Shown here: positions 37,636 through 48,971 of the stretch, in pieces
How positions within the stretch are numbered: position 1 is the first letter of the stretch
How the letters are laid out: every line of letters starts with the position of its first letter
Assembly (NCBI GenBank): GCA_902373415.1
Contig: CABKLX010000007.1
Coordinates: 87,894 to 151,893 of the forward strand
Reading direction: 5' to 3'
Source: an uncultured Eubacteriales bacterium
GTDB taxonomy: Bacteria > Bacillota > Clostridia > Oscillospirales > UBA644
DNA: 64,000 nt
Translations under genes and position numbers: made by a program
The notes under the pieces: generated by a model
Databases searched by the model: none
What the model was told of the DNA's origin: nothing
Seen by the model: the letters and a program-made list of their open reading frames with translations, nothing else

Positions 37636-37711
37636 GGGGGCGTAGCTCATCTGGGAGAGCGCTACATTCGCATTGTAGAGGTAGTGAGTTCGAGTCTCAT
37701 CGTCTCCACCA
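37636..37711 (+). tRNA. tRNA-Ala (anticodon CGC)
   Basis: GGGGGCGTAGCTCA…; G3:U70 alanine identity pair; anticodon arm CTACA-TTCGCAT-TGTAG; CCA encoded. Confidence 0.85.
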
Positions 37712-37712
37712 A

Positions 37713-37745
37713 AAATATCCGTGTACCGATGGTGCACGGATATTT
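37713..37745 (+). terminator. rho-independent terminator after tRNA-Ala
   Basis: atatccgtgtaccgatggtgcacggatat followed by ttttatt. Confidence 0.8.
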
Positions 37746-37786
37746 TTATTCGGAAGAGACTCGAAAAGGACGGTTTTGCTTAAATA

Positions 37787-38401
37787 TCAAATTTTACTTC
37801 CGCAGCCCGAACAAAATCTTGCCGAACCGTCAACTTCCTTTCCGCAGTTCGGACAGTGTCTTTTTTGTTCAACCTTAGCTCCGCAGACCGAGCAGAACAG
37901 ATCTCTGTCCGATAATTCCGCACCGCAATTGGTGCAGATTTTTGCGGTTGACGGCTGAACCGAAACGGCAGGCTGAGCCAAAGGAGTAAAAGTCGCTATC
38001 GGCGGTTCGGTCGGGTAAGAGACGGCTGTTATCGCGGTAACTTTATTGCTTTCCTTCAAAAATTCATCAATATTCAGACTGAAAAGTTGTGCGGGAACAC
38101 CCAGCACATCCATTGCTGCTGAGGTAAGGTCGTTGGCGTATTTTTCGTACCTTGCACCGGCGACCTGAGCAACGGAAAAGCGCAGATCTACCGCCGTGCC
38201 GCCATGATACGGAATGAAATGAATTGTGCAGGCGCCGCCGTTCATGTTGTACTTCATGGAAAAATTCAGCCCGAAACTGATCGTGTGGTACGGTTCCTGA
38301 TTGCAATTTCTCCTGAAACGGCTGTTGGTTGCCGCAGTCATATAACTGTTGTAAACGGATACAACATCTGCGGAAAAGAAGTAACAAACATCTCTTCTCA
38401 T
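37787..38401 (-). CDS. hypothetical protein with C-terminal double zinc ribbon
   Basis: 204 aa; RBS GGGAGAatagaaATG; C-terminal CTNCG…FCSVCG…CPNCG…FCSGCG. Confidence 0.55.
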   Translation of the reverse strand: MRRDVCYFFSADVVSVYNSYMTAATNSRFRRNCNQEPYHTISFGLNFSMKYNMNGGACTIHFIPYHGGTAVDLRFSVAQVAGARYEKYANDLTSAAMDVLGVPAQLFSLNIDEFLKESNKVTAITAVSYPTEPPIATFTPLAQPAVSVQPSTAKICTNCGAELSDRDLFCSVCGAKVEQKRHCPNCGKEVDGSARFCSGCGSKI

Positions 38402-38878
38402 TTCTATTCTCCCGAAAATTTTATTCGCTCTGCATATTCGGAACAGCGAAAGTTGTTTACTCCGAACGGTTTGCGCTTGAACATCCGATATGCTATATGT
38501 AACTTTGTGTGTAAATTATACCATACGTAGCGATTTTTGTCAATGAATGTCCTGAAACTTGTCGGGAATAAAATTTCAAAAATCTCTTTGCCGATAATCG
38601 ACGAAAAAGCGCGGAACCCGAATGCGACCTATGTCTGTGTGAGTGCGGGAGAAAGTTTCTGTCCGTCGAAAATTGTAAAACGCTCCGTTTGCATAGAGGC
38701 CGACATAGGCGAAACGCTTCGCGCGGCGGTCGGATCGTGAGATGATGACTGCGTTTGTGTTTTCGCGCGTTTTTCGATAAAAAGGGTGGTGATCTTTTTC
38801 GCACCGCAGAGATCTTTTGCCCGAATGCAAAAATATCCGCATACTTTTCGGTATGCGGATATTCTGTTCCGTTGTTTT

Positions 38879-39070
38879 TTATTCTTTTATCTCGCCCGCC
38901 CATTTGAACGCGAATTTTGCGACGATGACGGCGATGATCTCGTTGATGATCGCCGCCGCGACGATAGTCCCCGATATTAAGGCGGCGACAGACGCGTCGG
39001 CGTCGGTCTCGGAAAGCGTCTTGACGGCGATGCCCGTGAACACGAGAGACACTCCCGAGTGGGGCAACAA
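38879..39070 (-). CDS. small hydrophobic protein (hypothetical)
   Basis: 63 aa; two hydrophobic helices; sits 68 nt downstream of the ATPase gene; weak support. Confidence 0.3.
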   Translation of the reverse strand: MLPHSGVSLVFTGIAVKTLSETDADASVAALISGTIVAAAIINEIIAVIVAKFAFKWAGEIKE

Positions 39071-39137
39071 TTCTGTTATATAATTTCCGAAATATACCCG
39101 AAAACCGTTTTTCGGTCACGGATAAACCGTTTTGCGG

Positions 39138-41780
39138 TTATTTCTTTTTTCTCTTTTTCCCGATCGCGCGGGTTATGAGTTTTTCGATCTCGACAATCGG
39201 GATTATCGCAACGGCGAGCGCGACGGATACACCGAATTCCGCGAGGCTGATCGTCTCAAATCCGAACGCGGCGGCGAGCGGGGGAACAAATATGACGGCG
39301 GAAGTCAGAACGAGCGCGAGGAGCATCGAACCCCATAGCCAGAAATTCTGTTTTCCGAGCGTGAATACCGAATGTTCGCGCGAGCGCATATTGAACGAGT
39401 GGAAGATCTCGACGAGAGAGAGCGTCAGGAACGCCATTGTCATTCCGTCGGGGCTTTCCGTTATTTCCCATCTGCCGGCTTCCATAAAATGTCCGATGAA
39501 ATACGAGACAAGCGTCAGCGTCGCGATAAAAAAGCCCTGAACGGCAACGCCTGCGCCGAGCCCGTTCGAGAAGATCCCGTCCTTTGAGTCGCGCGGGGGA
39601 CGTTTCATCGCGTCCGCTTCGCCCTTTTCCATGCCGAGAGCCAGCGCGGGGAAACAGTCCGTTATAAGGTTGATCCAAAGCAGATGAACGGGGTTCAGTA
39701 TCGCAAAACCGAGCATCGACGCGGTGAACACGGCGAGAACTTCGGCAAGATTGGACGCGAGCAGGAACTGGATCGATTTCCGTATATTGTCGTATATTCT
39801 TCTGCCTTCCTCGACAGCCGAAACGATCGTTGCGAAATTGTCGTCGGCAAGCACCATATCCGCGACGTTTTTCGTCACGTCCGTGCCCGTTATGCCCATT
39901 CCGACTCCGATGTCCGCGTTTTTGATCGACGGAGCGTCGTTGACGCCGTCGCCGGTCATCGCGGTCACTTTTCCGAGCGCGCGCCATGCGTTGACGATGC
40001 GCACCTTATGCTCCGGCTGAACGCGGGCATAGACCGAAAAGTCCTTCACGCGCTCCGCAAATTCTTCGTCGGAGATCCCGTCGAGTTCCGCGCCCGTTAT
40101 CGCCTGTGACGGGTCGGTTATTATGCCGAGTTGCAAAGCGATCGCGGCGGCGGTGTCCTTGTGGTCGCCCGTTATCATAACGGGGCGTATGCCCGCTTCG
40201 CGGCATTTTGCGATCGCGTCTTTGACTTCGGGGCGGATCGGATCTATCATGCCCGAAAGCCCGATATAACACAGATCGTTTTCGAGCGTCTGAGGCTCAA
40301 AGTCATTCGGAAGGCTTTCATGGCTTCTGCGAGCGGCGCACAGCACTCTCAGCGCTTTGTCCGCCATCGTTTTGTTGGCGGCGAGTATCTCTTTTCTGAC
40401 GCTGTCCGTCAGCGGAAGTTCTTCTCCGTTTTTCAGATAGCGCGTACAGCGTTTCAGAACCTCGTCTGGCGCGCCTTTCGTGAACTGTATCAATTCTCCG
40501 CCGACGTCGCAGACAACGCTCATCATCTTTCTCAACGAGTCGAACGGCGCTTCTCCGACACGCCTGTATTTTCCGACGGCGTCCGTCAGCCCGTGCTCGG
40601 TCGCATCGTTGACAAGCGCGCATTCCGTCGGCTCTCCGACAGCCGCTCCGTCCTCGCCCGGCTTCGCGTCGGCGCAGACCGCCATTGCCGTCATGAGTTC
40701 CTTTTCGTCGTCCGTCGAATGCTCGACAACGGTCATCCTGTTCTGTGTCAGAGTTCCCGTTTTGTCCGAGCATATGATCTGCGTGCATCCGAGCGTTTCG
40801 ACTGCGGTCAGCCTTCTTATGACCGCATTGCGCTTCGACATCTTCGTCACGCCCATTGAAAGAACGATCGTCACGACAGCCGCAAGCCCTTCGGGAACAG
40901 CCGCGACCGCGAGGCTGACGGCGATCATAAATGTTTTCATTATCGCGTCAAACGTCACGTTCGGAACAATGCGCAGAACATTGACCGCGAAAACGATGAC
41001 GCAGATGCCCAGAACGATGACGCTGAGGACCTTGCTGAGCTGATTGAGTTTCTTTTGGAGCGGGGTATCGTCGTCCTTTGCGGCGGCGAGCGCGCCCGCG
41101 ATCTTGCCCATTTCCGTGTCCATCCCGACCGCCGTCACGACCGCGACGCCGCGTCCGTAAGACACCGAACTGCCCATATATACCATGTTCTTTCTGTCGC
41201 CGAGCGGTACATCTTTTCCTTTTTCGGCGGTCAGCGTGTCAACGCTTTTGGTGACGGGAACGCTTTCGCCCGTCAGCGCGGATTCCTCGGCTTTAAGGCT
41301 TGCCGCTTCGAGCAGACGGCAGTCCGCGGGAACGGCGTCTCCCGCTTCGAGCAGGACGATGTCGCCGACAACGAGATCCTCGCTTCTGACGCTCAAGGGT
41401 CTTCCGTCACGCAGGACTTTTGAGGTCGCCGCGGATATCTTCTGGAGCGCTTCGATCGCTTTTTCGGCTTTGCTCTCCTGCACGACGCCCAGCACCGCGT
41501 TGATGATAACGACGGCGAGAATGATGAAAACGTCGGTGAACGACTCGTTTTCTATCGCCGCCGTCACCGCGCTCACAGCCGCCGCGACGAGCAGAATGAT
41601 TATCATCGGGTCGGCGAGTTCTCCGAAAAATTTTCTGATAACGGAGGGCTTTTTTGCTTCCGCGAGTTTGTTCTTGCCGTTTGCGGCGAGCCTTTTTTCA
41701 GCCTCTGCCGATGACAGCCCCTCCCGGGACGATCCGACATCGTTCAAAACGGTTTCAAAAGGTTTCAGATATTCTTTCAT
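39138..41780 (-). CDS. calcium-translocating P-type ATPase (PMCA/SERCA-type, P2A/P2B)
   Basis: 880 aa; phosphorylation motif CSDKTGTLTQNRM; TGES actuator motif; MTGDGVNDAPS hinge; 10-TM layout. Confidence 0.9.
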   Translation of the reverse strand: MKEYLKPFETVLNDVGSSREGLSSAEAEKRLAANGKNKLAEAKKPSVIRKFFGELADPMIIILLVAAAVSAVTAAIENESFTDVFIILAVVIINAVLGVVQESKAEKAIEALQKISAATSKVLRDGRPLSVRSEDLVVGDIVLLEAGDAVPADCRLLEAASLKAEESALTGESVPVTKSVDTLTAEKGKDVPLGDRKNMVYMGSSVSYGRGVAVVTAVGMDTEMGKIAGALAAAKDDDTPLQKKLNQLSKVLSVIVLGICVIVFAVNVLRIVPNVTFDAIMKTFMIAVSLAVAAVPEGLAAVVTIVLSMGVTKMSKRNAVIRRLTAVETLGCTQIICSDKTGTLTQNRMTVVEHSTDDEKELMTAMAVCADAKPGEDGAAVGEPTECALVNDATEHGLTDAVGKYRRVGEAPFDSLRKMMSVVCDVGGELIQFTKGAPDEVLKRCTRYLKNGEELPLTDSVRKEILAANKTMADKALRVLCAARRSHESLPNDFEPQTLENDLCYIGLSGMIDPIRPEVKDAIAKCREAGIRPVMITGDHKDTAAAIALQLGIITDPSQAITGAELDGISDEEFAERVKDFSVYARVQPEHKVRIVNAWRALGKVTAMTGDGVNDAPSIKNADIGVGMGITGTDVTKNVADMVLADDNFATIVSAVEEGRRIYDNIRKSIQFLLASNLAEVLAVFTASMLGFAILNPVHLLWINLITDCFPALALGMEKGEADAMKRPPRDSKDGIFSNGLGAGVAVQGFFIATLTLVSYFIGHFMEAGRWEITESPDGMTMAFLTLSLVEIFHSFNMRSREHSVFTLGKQNFWLWGSMLLALVLTSAVIFVPPLAAAFGFETISLAEFGVSVALAVAIIPIVEIEKLITRAIGKKRKKK

Positions 41781-41893
41781 TCATTGCGCTCCTTTCGGGG
41801 ACAGAAAAAAGCGGAAACGGTTTCCGCGGGAAAAAATGTTGCGCTCGGACGCATAAGAAACGGGATCTCCTTTCTCAATGCGTCCGATCTTTA

Positions 41894-43354
41894 TTATTTG
41901 TTCTTGCGGCGCACCAACGGCAAAAACGCGATCATAAGCGGCGAAAGTTCGAGCCTTCCGAGCAGCATTGCGACCGAAAGCACGAGTTTCGCGAATGCCG
42001 GATACGCCGAGTAACTTGTCGCGGGACCGACGAGCCCCAGTCCGGGGCCGATATTGTTGAAGCATGCCGCCATCGCCGAAAAATTCGTTTCGACGTCAAA
42101 TCCCGCCGGAGAGCATGCGCTTATGAGCAGAAAGCCCGCGAAGAAAACAAGACAGTATATCGCCAGATAGTTTCCCGTTCCGTGCAGAGTCATATCGTCC
42201 ACGCGTTTGCCGTCCATCTTCGCGATGGTGACGGATCGGGGGTGAATAAGGCGTTTTCTTTCTCTTCCGAACATTTTGAAGAGAAGTATCAGACGCGAGA
42301 CTTTCAGTCCGCCGCCCGTCGAGCCCGCGCACGCTCCGACGAACATCAGAACAAGCAGTATCGCGCGCGAAAACTCCGGCCACAGATTGAAATCCGCCGT
42401 TGAAAAGCCGGTCGTCGTCATGATCGAGGAGACCTGAAACGCGGAAAGACGTATCGAGTCCGAAACGCTTCCGTACATCGGATAAATGTTGAACGCGATG
42501 ACCGCCGCGCTGACGAGCGCAATCCCGATGTAACAGAGCAGTTCCGCATTTCTGAACGCCGATCTGAACCTTCTTATAAGTATGAAAAAATAGATGTTGA
42601 AGTTCACTCCGAACAGGAACATGAAGACCGTGATCACCCATTGAAGGTAATGGCTGTAAGACGCGATGCTGTCGGCTTTTATGCCGAAACCGCCCGTGCC
42701 CGCCGTTCCGAACGCGTGAATAAGACTGTCGTACAGCGGCATCCCGCCGCAGAGAAGGAGAACGATCTCTATCGCGGTCAGACAGATGTAGATTATATAG
42801 AGTATCTTCGCCGTTTCGCGCATTTTCGGCACGAGTTTGCCCATCGTGGGACCCGGCATCTCCGCGCGCAGTATATGTATCGAACGCGACGATGAGGATG
42901 CGGGCAGGATCGCGACGATCAGAACGAGAACGCCCATACCGCCGATCCAATGCGTGAAACTTCTCCAGAAAAGAAGCCCGCGGCTCATCGCTTCGACATC
43001 GTTCAGAATAGATGCTCCCGTTGTCGTAAATCCGCTGACCGTCTCAAAAAATGCGTCGATGAAAGACTTTATCTCGCCGCTGATGACGAACGGCGCGGCG
43101 CCGATAAGAGACATCGTCAGCCATGCGAACGCAACGATGATGAAACCTTCTTTCGCGTATATGACCTTGTCTTTCGGACGGCAGAACGCCTGTATAATGC
43201 CTCCGAGGAGCCCCGCTCCGACGATCGTGCACGCGAACGACCAAACGGCGTTTTTTTCTTGATATATGACCGACACGATGAGAGGCAGGAGCATCAGCCC
43301 CGCTTCGAGAAGAACGATCTTTCCGAGCAGGGATAAAATCATTTTTTTGTTCAT
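41894..43354 (-). CDS. trkH: TrkH/KtrB-family potassium uptake membrane subunit
   Basis: 486 aa; repeated pore-loop GxG segments ([20 protein letters not shown]); immediately downstream of trkA. Confidence 0.85.
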   Translation of the reverse strand: MNKKMILSLLGKIVLLEAGLMLLPLIVSVIYQEKNAVWSFACTIVGAGLLGGIIQAFCRPKDKVIYAKEGFIIVAFAWLTMSLIGAAPFVISGEIKSFIDAFFETVSGFTTTGASILNDVEAMSRGLLFWRSFTHWIGGMGVLVLIVAILPASSSSRSIHILRAEMPGPTMGKLVPKMRETAKILYIIYICLTAIEIVLLLCGGMPLYDSLIHAFGTAGTGGFGIKADSIASYSHYLQWVITVFMFLFGVNFNIYFFILIRRFRSAFRNAELLCYIGIALVSAAVIAFNIYPMYGSVSDSIRLSAFQVSSIMTTTGFSTADFNLWPEFSRAILLVLMFVGACAGSTGGGLKVSRLILLFKMFGRERKRLIHPRSVTIAKMDGKRVDDMTLHGTGNYLAIYCLVFFAGFLLISACSPAGFDVETNFSAMAACFNNIGPGLGLVGPATSYSAYPAFAKLVLSVAMLLGRLELSPLMIAFLPLVRRKNK

Positions 43355-43361
43355 TTCAATC

Positions 43362-44720
43362 CTATTTGAGTATATCGGAGAGATCTCCGAGTTTTTTGTC
43401 CGAAGCGATAACGACGACTCTGTCCCCCGCGAGAATCATGTCCGAACCGCCGGGAATGATCGTTTCTCTTTCTCTTATTATTCCCGCGACGAGGATATTC
43501 TTTTTCAGTTCGAGATCCTTTAACGGGATATTCGCCACTTCCGAGCCGGGACGGACGCTGAATTCGAGCGCCTCGGCTTTTCCGTCCATGACCTTGTAAA
43601 GCGTTTCGACGTTGCTTCCTTCGGAATTAAGAAGTGCGCGGACATAGCGGATAAGCAGGTCGGAAATGGTCTTTTTCGGCGATATTATGCTGTCCACGCC
43701 GAGTTTTTCCGCCATTGCGATAAGTTCTTCCTTGTTGACCTTCGGAATGACTTTCGGAACGGAGAGCGAAGACGCGAATATGGAGATGAGAATGTTTTCC
43801 TCGTCCATTCCCGTCAGCGAAACGAACGCGTCCGTTCCGCGTATGCCCTCTTCGAGCAGAAGTTCCTGTTCCGCGCCGTCTCCGCAGATGATGTCGGTTC
43901 CCGGAAGCGCCTCGCAGAGTTCGAGGCAGGTCTGTCTGTCCTTTTCGACGATCTTGACCGCGTTTCCGCTTCCCGAAAGCATACGCGCGAGATAGTAAGC
44001 CGTTCGGCTTCCGCCGAGGATCATGATGTTGCGCGCCTGTCGTTGTATCAGCCCGAGTGCGCGTATCAGTTTCGTCAACTCGTCGTGTGACGCGACAAGC
44101 CCGATCTTGTCGCCGCTTTTAAGTTCGAAATTTCCGTCGGGAATATAAATATCGTCGCCTCTGCGGACGGCGGTGACAAGAAAGTTCGCCTTGAAACGGC
44201 TTCTGAGATCGATTATTTTTACCCCGCTGAGAGGCGAGTCCTGTTTGAGCCTCATTTCGATCATTTCCAGATACCCGCGCGAAAATGTCTCGATCGTCGC
44301 CGCGAACGGAAGACGGAGCATATTGTAGATTTCCTTCGCCGCGAGAAGTTCGGGGTTGATCGCCATCGCGAGGTCGAGTTGCTGACACATGAAGCCGAGG
44401 CTGTTTTCGTTGTATTCGGGATTTCTTATCCGTGCGATCGTATGTTTCGCGCCGAGGCGTTTCGCGAAAAAGCAACACAGCATATTCGACTCGTCCGAGC
44501 CCGTGACCGCGACGAGCAGATCCGCTTCCGCCGCGCCCGCTTCTTTCAGAACTTCGCAGTCAGCGCCGTTTCCGCAGACGCCGATAACGTCATAGATGTT
44601 CGTCACGGCGGTCACTGTCTCCGCGTCGAGATCGACGGCGACGACGTCCTGTCCCTCCGAAACGAGGCTGGCGACAACGGTCTGACCTATCTTTCCGCAA
44701 CCGATAACGATTATTTTCAT
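43362..44720 (-). CDS. trkA: Trk system NAD-binding subunit TrkA (tandem RCK domains)
   Basis: 452 aa; two Rossmann GxGxxG sites (MKIIVIGCGKIGQ; IMILGGSRTAYY) each followed by an RCK_C-like segment. Confidence 0.85.
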   Translation of the reverse strand: MKIIVIGCGKIGQTVVASLVSEGQDVVAVDLDAETVTAVTNIYDVIGVCGNGADCEVLKEAGAAEADLLVAVTGSDESNMLCCFFAKRLGAKHTIARIRNPEYNENSLGFMCQQLDLAMAINPELLAAKEIYNMLRLPFAATIETFSRGYLEMIEMRLKQDSPLSGVKIIDLRSRFKANFLVTAVRRGDDIYIPDGNFELKSGDKIGLVASHDELTKLIRALGLIQRQARNIMILGGSRTAYYLARMLSGSGNAVKIVEKDRQTCLELCEALPGTDIICGDGAEQELLLEEGIRGTDAFVSLTGMDEENILISIFASSLSVPKVIPKVNKEELIAMAEKLGVDSIISPKKTISDLLIRYVRALLNSEGSNVETLYKVMDGKAEALEFSVRPGSEVANIPLKDLELKKNILVAGIIRERETIIPGGSDMILAGDRVVVIASDKKLGDLSDILK

Positions 44721-44734
44721 ATTTGTTTTCCTTC

Positions 44735-45985
44735 TCAGTCTGTTTCCTTTTCGGGTTCGTCATTCAAAAAGTCCGCGTCGCGCTGTTTTGCGAGCGATAT
44801 GAGTATCCCGACCGTTTTTTCCATCGACGGAACGGGAATGAACTCGCGCACACCGTGGTAATTCGCGCCGCCTGTCGCGAGATTCGGACACGGAAGACCC
44901 ATTTCCGAAAGCCGCGCGCCGTCGGTGCCTCCGCGGACGGGAATCACGGTCGGCTCGACGCCGTTTTCCCTCATCGCCGCTTTTGCTCTGCGGATGATAT
45001 GCATGTGCGGAATTATGTATTCCTTCATATTATAATAACTGTCCTTTATCTGCGCCGTCAGCGTCCCTTCGCCGTAAACGCCGTTCATGTATTCGCAGAG
45101 ATCGGAAACGAACTTCTTGCGTTTTTCAAATTTTCCGCGGTCGTGGTCGCGGATTATCAACTCAACGGAACACAGGCTCTCATCGCCTTCGATCCCGCAG
45201 ACATGGTAAAAACCTTCATAATTTTCGGTGTGCGCCGGCGTCTCCGCGGCGGGCAGACGCGAAATGAACTCCGCGCCTATCAGCGTCGCGTTCTTCATGA
45301 CGTTTTTCGCGGTGCCGGGATGGATGTTGACGCCCTTCACCGTGATCTTCGCGCCCGCGGCGTTGAAATTCTCGTATTCAAGTTCGCCGAGTTCGCCACC
45401 GTCAACGGTGTAAGCCCAGCCGACTTTGAAGTTTTCGAGATCGAATTTGTCAGCGCCTCTGCCGATCTCCTCATCGGGAGTGAAGCCGACGCGGATCGCC
45501 CTGTGCGGAATTTCGGGATGTTCCGCCAGATATTCGCAGGCGGTCACGATCTCCGCGATCCCCGCCTTGTCGTCGGCGCCGAGAAGCGTCGAACCGTCCG
45601 TCACGATCAGTTCCTGTCCGATATATTTTCGGATAAACGGATAATCCGCGACGGTCAGCGTTTCGCCGTTGCCGAGATATATGTCTCCGCCTTCATATTT
45701 AATAATACGCGGTCTGATATTGCTTCCCGATACCGCGGGCGAGGTGTCCATGTGCGCGATCAGTCCGACCGCTGTCTCGTCTTTTCTGTCCTCCGTCGCG
45801 GGCAGAAAGCCGTAAACGTAGCCGTATTCGTCCATTCGGGTCTCTTCCAGCCCGATTTTTTTAAGCTCGTCGGCAAGAAAAGCCCCCAACGCCTTCTGTT
45901 TTTCCGTAGACGGCACGGAAGGAGAGTTTTCGTCCGACGTCGTGTCAAACGAAACGTATTTCAAAAATCTTTCGGTTATATTCAA
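44735..45985 (-). CDS. pepT: peptidase T (tripeptide aminopeptidase, M20 family)
   Basis: 416 aa; N-term MNITERFLKYVSFDTTSDE; M20 metal ligands (AHMDT, …DDKAG…, PDEEIG). Confidence 0.9.
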   Translation of the reverse strand: MNITERFLKYVSFDTTSDENSPSVPSTEKQKALGAFLADELKKIGLEETRMDEYGYVYGFLPATEDRKDETAVGLIAHMDTSPAVSGSNIRPRIIKYEGGDIYLGNGETLTVADYPFIRKYIGQELIVTDGSTLLGADDKAGIAEIVTACEYLAEHPEIPHRAIRVGFTPDEEIGRGADKFDLENFKVGWAYTVDGGELGELEYENFNAAGAKITVKGVNIHPGTAKNVMKNATLIGAEFISRLPAAETPAHTENYEGFYHVCGIEGDESLCSVELIIRDHDRGKFEKRKKFVSDLCEYMNGVYGEGTLTAQIKDSYYNMKEYIIPHMHIIRRAKAAMRENGVEPTVIPVRGGTDGARLSEMGLPCPNLATGGANYHGVREFIPVPSMEKTVGILISLAKQRDADFLNDEPEKETD

Positions 45986-46376
45986 ATCTCCAAACCCTCT
46001 TTATAAATTCGTTTCAGGCATATATTAACACAGACGGGCAAAAAAATCAATAGAGCCGGAGAAAAAAATCCGCATCGTCGCTTTTGTTTTCGATTTATTC
46101 CCGTTTTTTCTCTTTTTTCGGTATTTTACACTATCTTTACCGTTTTTTCGCAATTTATGCCGTTTCTTCGCTTTTCTGCACGGTTTTGATTGCTTTCGGG
46201 CCGAAAAAAAACGAAAGTTTCGTCCATGAAGGAAATATCGTTACACTTTGAGTGACAAAGATGTTTAATTATGCATTCGTTTCCGCATTATGCCGTGAAA
46301 AATTTATCTTTTCACTTTAACACTCCGTTCTGTTTGACGTTTATGCGAAAAAAAAAGGAAGTTTTGCAAAGTTATA

Positions 46377-46405
46377 TTGACAATATTCGTATGATACTAT
46401 ATAAT
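46377..46405 (+). promoter_or_regulatory. sigma-A promoter (TTGACA-17-TATAAT) of the ABC importer operon, followed by a ~200-nt structured leader
   Basis: tataTTGACAatattcgtatgatactaTATAATtga; leader contains the hairpin ggagcgccctctttgccattaggaggcgcggctc. Confidence 0.7.
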
Positions 46406-46606
46406 TGAAAAAAACGAAGAACCGTCATTTCCGGTGTCTGAGGCGAGGCGTCGGCGTTTTTATGCGCCGCGCTGAACGGGTTTCCGCATGTTATTTCCCG
46501 AGGGAATATATGTTTTTGTGACCTGTCGGAGCGCCCTCTTTGCCATTAGGAGGCGCGGCTCTGAGTTTATATTTTACATTTTACATTTTTTGGAGGTATC
46601 ATCTTT

Positions 46607-48733
46607 ATGAGCAAGAAATTGATTGCGCTCCTCCTTCTCGCGGCTTTGGTTGTCGGCTGCGCTCTTACAGGATGTAAGAACGATGGCGACGGACAGACCA
46701 CGACTACCGCTCCCGAGGCGGTTGTCCGCGAGATCCAGAAGGGCACCAGAGTCATTCTCGGCAGCACGACCGAGCTCAGCGGAGACTTCCGTTGGCCCGG
46801 ATTCGGCGGATCTTCCGCGGGTGCGTCCGACCAGGACATCACCAAGCTGACCGTCGGTTACGGTACGATGGAAATCGACCAGAGCGGCGCTTATCAGTGG
46901 AACAAGACTGCCGTTAAGTCTCATAACGAGACCGAAAATGACGACGGAACTTACACCATTGACATCGTTATTAACGAAGGTCTTAAATTCAGCGACGGTT
47001 CCGCGATCACCGCGAAGAACTATGTCGCGAGCATTCTTTCTTTCTCCTCGCCCGTTTCCGTTGCAGCCGGTCACTCCGGTATGAGCGGTCAGGCTTTCGT
47101 CGGCTATTCCGAGTTCAGAGCTTACACAGGCGCTGACGCTCCGGAAGAAGCCAAGAAAGAGTTCTCGGGCGTTCGTCTTCTCGGCGAATACGAGTTCTCT
47201 CTCACCGTTTCTTCGGACTACTATCCGTACTACTTCGCTTACACCTACGGTGCTGTTGATCCCGATTTCCTTGCTCTCGTTCTCGGCGAAGGCGTTGACG
47301 TTAAAGACGACGGCAACGGATGCTACCTGACCGACAACTTCTATGCAATGACCGAAGGCGAAGACGCTACTTACGTTAAAGCCGAAGAGATCAAAGCAAA
47401 CAGATACGACACGACCAAATATCCCTACTCCGGTCCGTACACCATCTCCAAGTGGGATGAGGGCAACTCCGAAGCGACCCTTCTCGCCAACCCCGAGTTC
47501 CAGGGCAACTTCGAGGGCGTTAAGCCGACCATCGAGACCATCGTTTACAGACTCCTCGTTCAGGAGACCCAGCTTGACCAGCTCAAGAAGGGCGAAGTTG
47601 ACGTTCTTTCCGCTATCACCGGCGGTAACGACACCAAGGCTGCTCTTGCCGTTGTTGACGGAACCAACTTCAGCGAAGTTCACTATCAGCGCGCCGGCTA
47701 CGGTAAGATCGAGTTCGAGTGCGACTTCGGTCCCACCATGTTCGCTTCCGTTCGTCAGGCTGTTACCTACGCTCTTAACAGAACCGAGTTCTGCCAGACC
47801 TTCACCGGCGGTTACGGCGTCGTTGTTGACGGACCTTACAGCCCGGATTTCGCGATGTGGAAGGCAGTTAAAGACGACATCACTCTTATCGACTACTCCT
47901 ACTCCGTTGCAAACGCTGAAAAAGCGCTTGTAGAAGGCGGCTGGATATACAACTCCAAGGGTGAGGACTTCGTTCCGGGACAGACCGGCGTTGACGCTGT
48001 TCGTTACAAGAAGCTGACTGCCGAAGAGGCTGAGGCCTGCGGCGGAGTCAACAAGACTTACGCTTCCGTTAACAACACCGACGGCGTTACCTACAAGACC
48101 GTTAAGATCGGCGACGATTACTATATGCCTCTCGCGATCAACTGGTTCGGAACCACGCCCAATGACGTGACCGACCTTCTCAACACCATGCTTGCAAACA
48201 GCAAGGATGTTGCGGGTCTCGGTATGGTTATCCGTTCGACTGTCGGCGACTTCACTCAGCTCCTCGGCGAAATTTACAGAGACGCTTCTTACGGTTATGC
48301 GGGAACCCCGACCTTCGGTATGTTCAACCTTGCAACCGGTTGGAACACCTCCGTTTATGACTATGCGTTCAACTGGTCTCTTGACGAGGCTTACTTCGGA
48401 TACTCCGCGAACAAACTCTACGACGAGTATGACGTAGCATTCCCGTACGACATCACCGCCGAAAAACTCAGCCTTGAAGATGCTATGGCAAAGTCCGGCG
48501 GCAAACTCGGTATGAACTACCTGTCGATGGGTATGGTTTACAACGCCAAGACCGAAGACGAGTACAACGCTTGGTGGGAAGCTTACATCGAAAGATGGAA
48601 TCAGCTTATGCCCGATATCCCGCTGTACTCCAACATGTACTACGACGTATTCAACGCAAAGATCACCGGCTTCGTAACCAGCCCGTTCTTCGGTATGGCA
48701 AGAGCCATCATCTACGCGGACGTTAAAGCGTAA
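46607..48733 (+). CDS. ABC transporter substrate-binding lipoprotein, family 5 (oligopeptide/oligosaccharide type), unusually long
   Basis: 708 aa; lipobox LVVGCALTGCKNDG; SBP_bac_5-like architecture; RBS GGAGGtatcatctttATG; the 801-aa antisense ORF is rejected. Confidence 0.8.
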   Translation: MSKKLIALLLLAALVVGCALTGCKNDGDGQTTTTAPEAVVREIQKGTRVILGSTTELSGDFRWPGFGGSSAGASDQDITKLTVGYGTMEIDQSGAYQWNKTAVKSHNETENDDGTYTIDIVINEGLKFSDGSAITAKNYVASILSFSSPVSVAAGHSGMSGQAFVGYSEFRAYTGADAPEEAKKEFSGVRLLGEYEFSLTVSSDYYPYYFAYTYGAVDPDFLALVLGEGVDVKDDGNGCYLTDNFYAMTEGEDATYVKAEEIKANRYDTTKYPYSGPYTISKWDEGNSEATLLANPEFQGNFEGVKPTIETIVYRLLVQETQLDQLKKGEVDVLSAITGGNDTKAALAVVDGTNFSEVHYQRAGYGKIEFECDFGPTMFASVRQAVTYALNRTEFCQTFTGGYGVVVDGPYSPDFAMWKAVKDDITLIDYSYSVANAEKALVEGGWIYNSKGEDFVPGQTGVDAVRYKKLTAEEAEACGGVNKTYASVNNTDGVTYKTVKIGDDYYMPLAINWFGTTPNDVTDLLNTMLANSKDVAGLGMVIRSTVGDFTQLLGEIYRDASYGYAGTPTFGMFNLATGWNTSVYDYAFNWSLDEAYFGYSANKLYDEYDVAFPYDITAEKLSLEDAMAKSGGKLGMNYLSMGMVYNAKTEDEYNAWWEAYIERWNQLMPDIPLYSNMYYDVFNAKITGFVTSPFFGMARAIIYADVKA

Positions 48734-48971
48734 TCGCCGAACAGTACACACTGTTTTACAGTTACATAGGTTAAAGGACGGGGCAGCCGTTTCGGCTGCT
48801 CCGTTTTCAAACATCTTTATCGGACATCTTCGGGCTTCCGATATATCCGTATGCCCCCGCTTTTTCGGCGAGGGAAAAAGATATTTTTGATCTCCGTGCG
48901 CCTCTTTTTGAGCTTCCGTTTTGCGGATGCGTACGGATATTGCCGGAAATCTGAAATCATGGGAGTTGGGT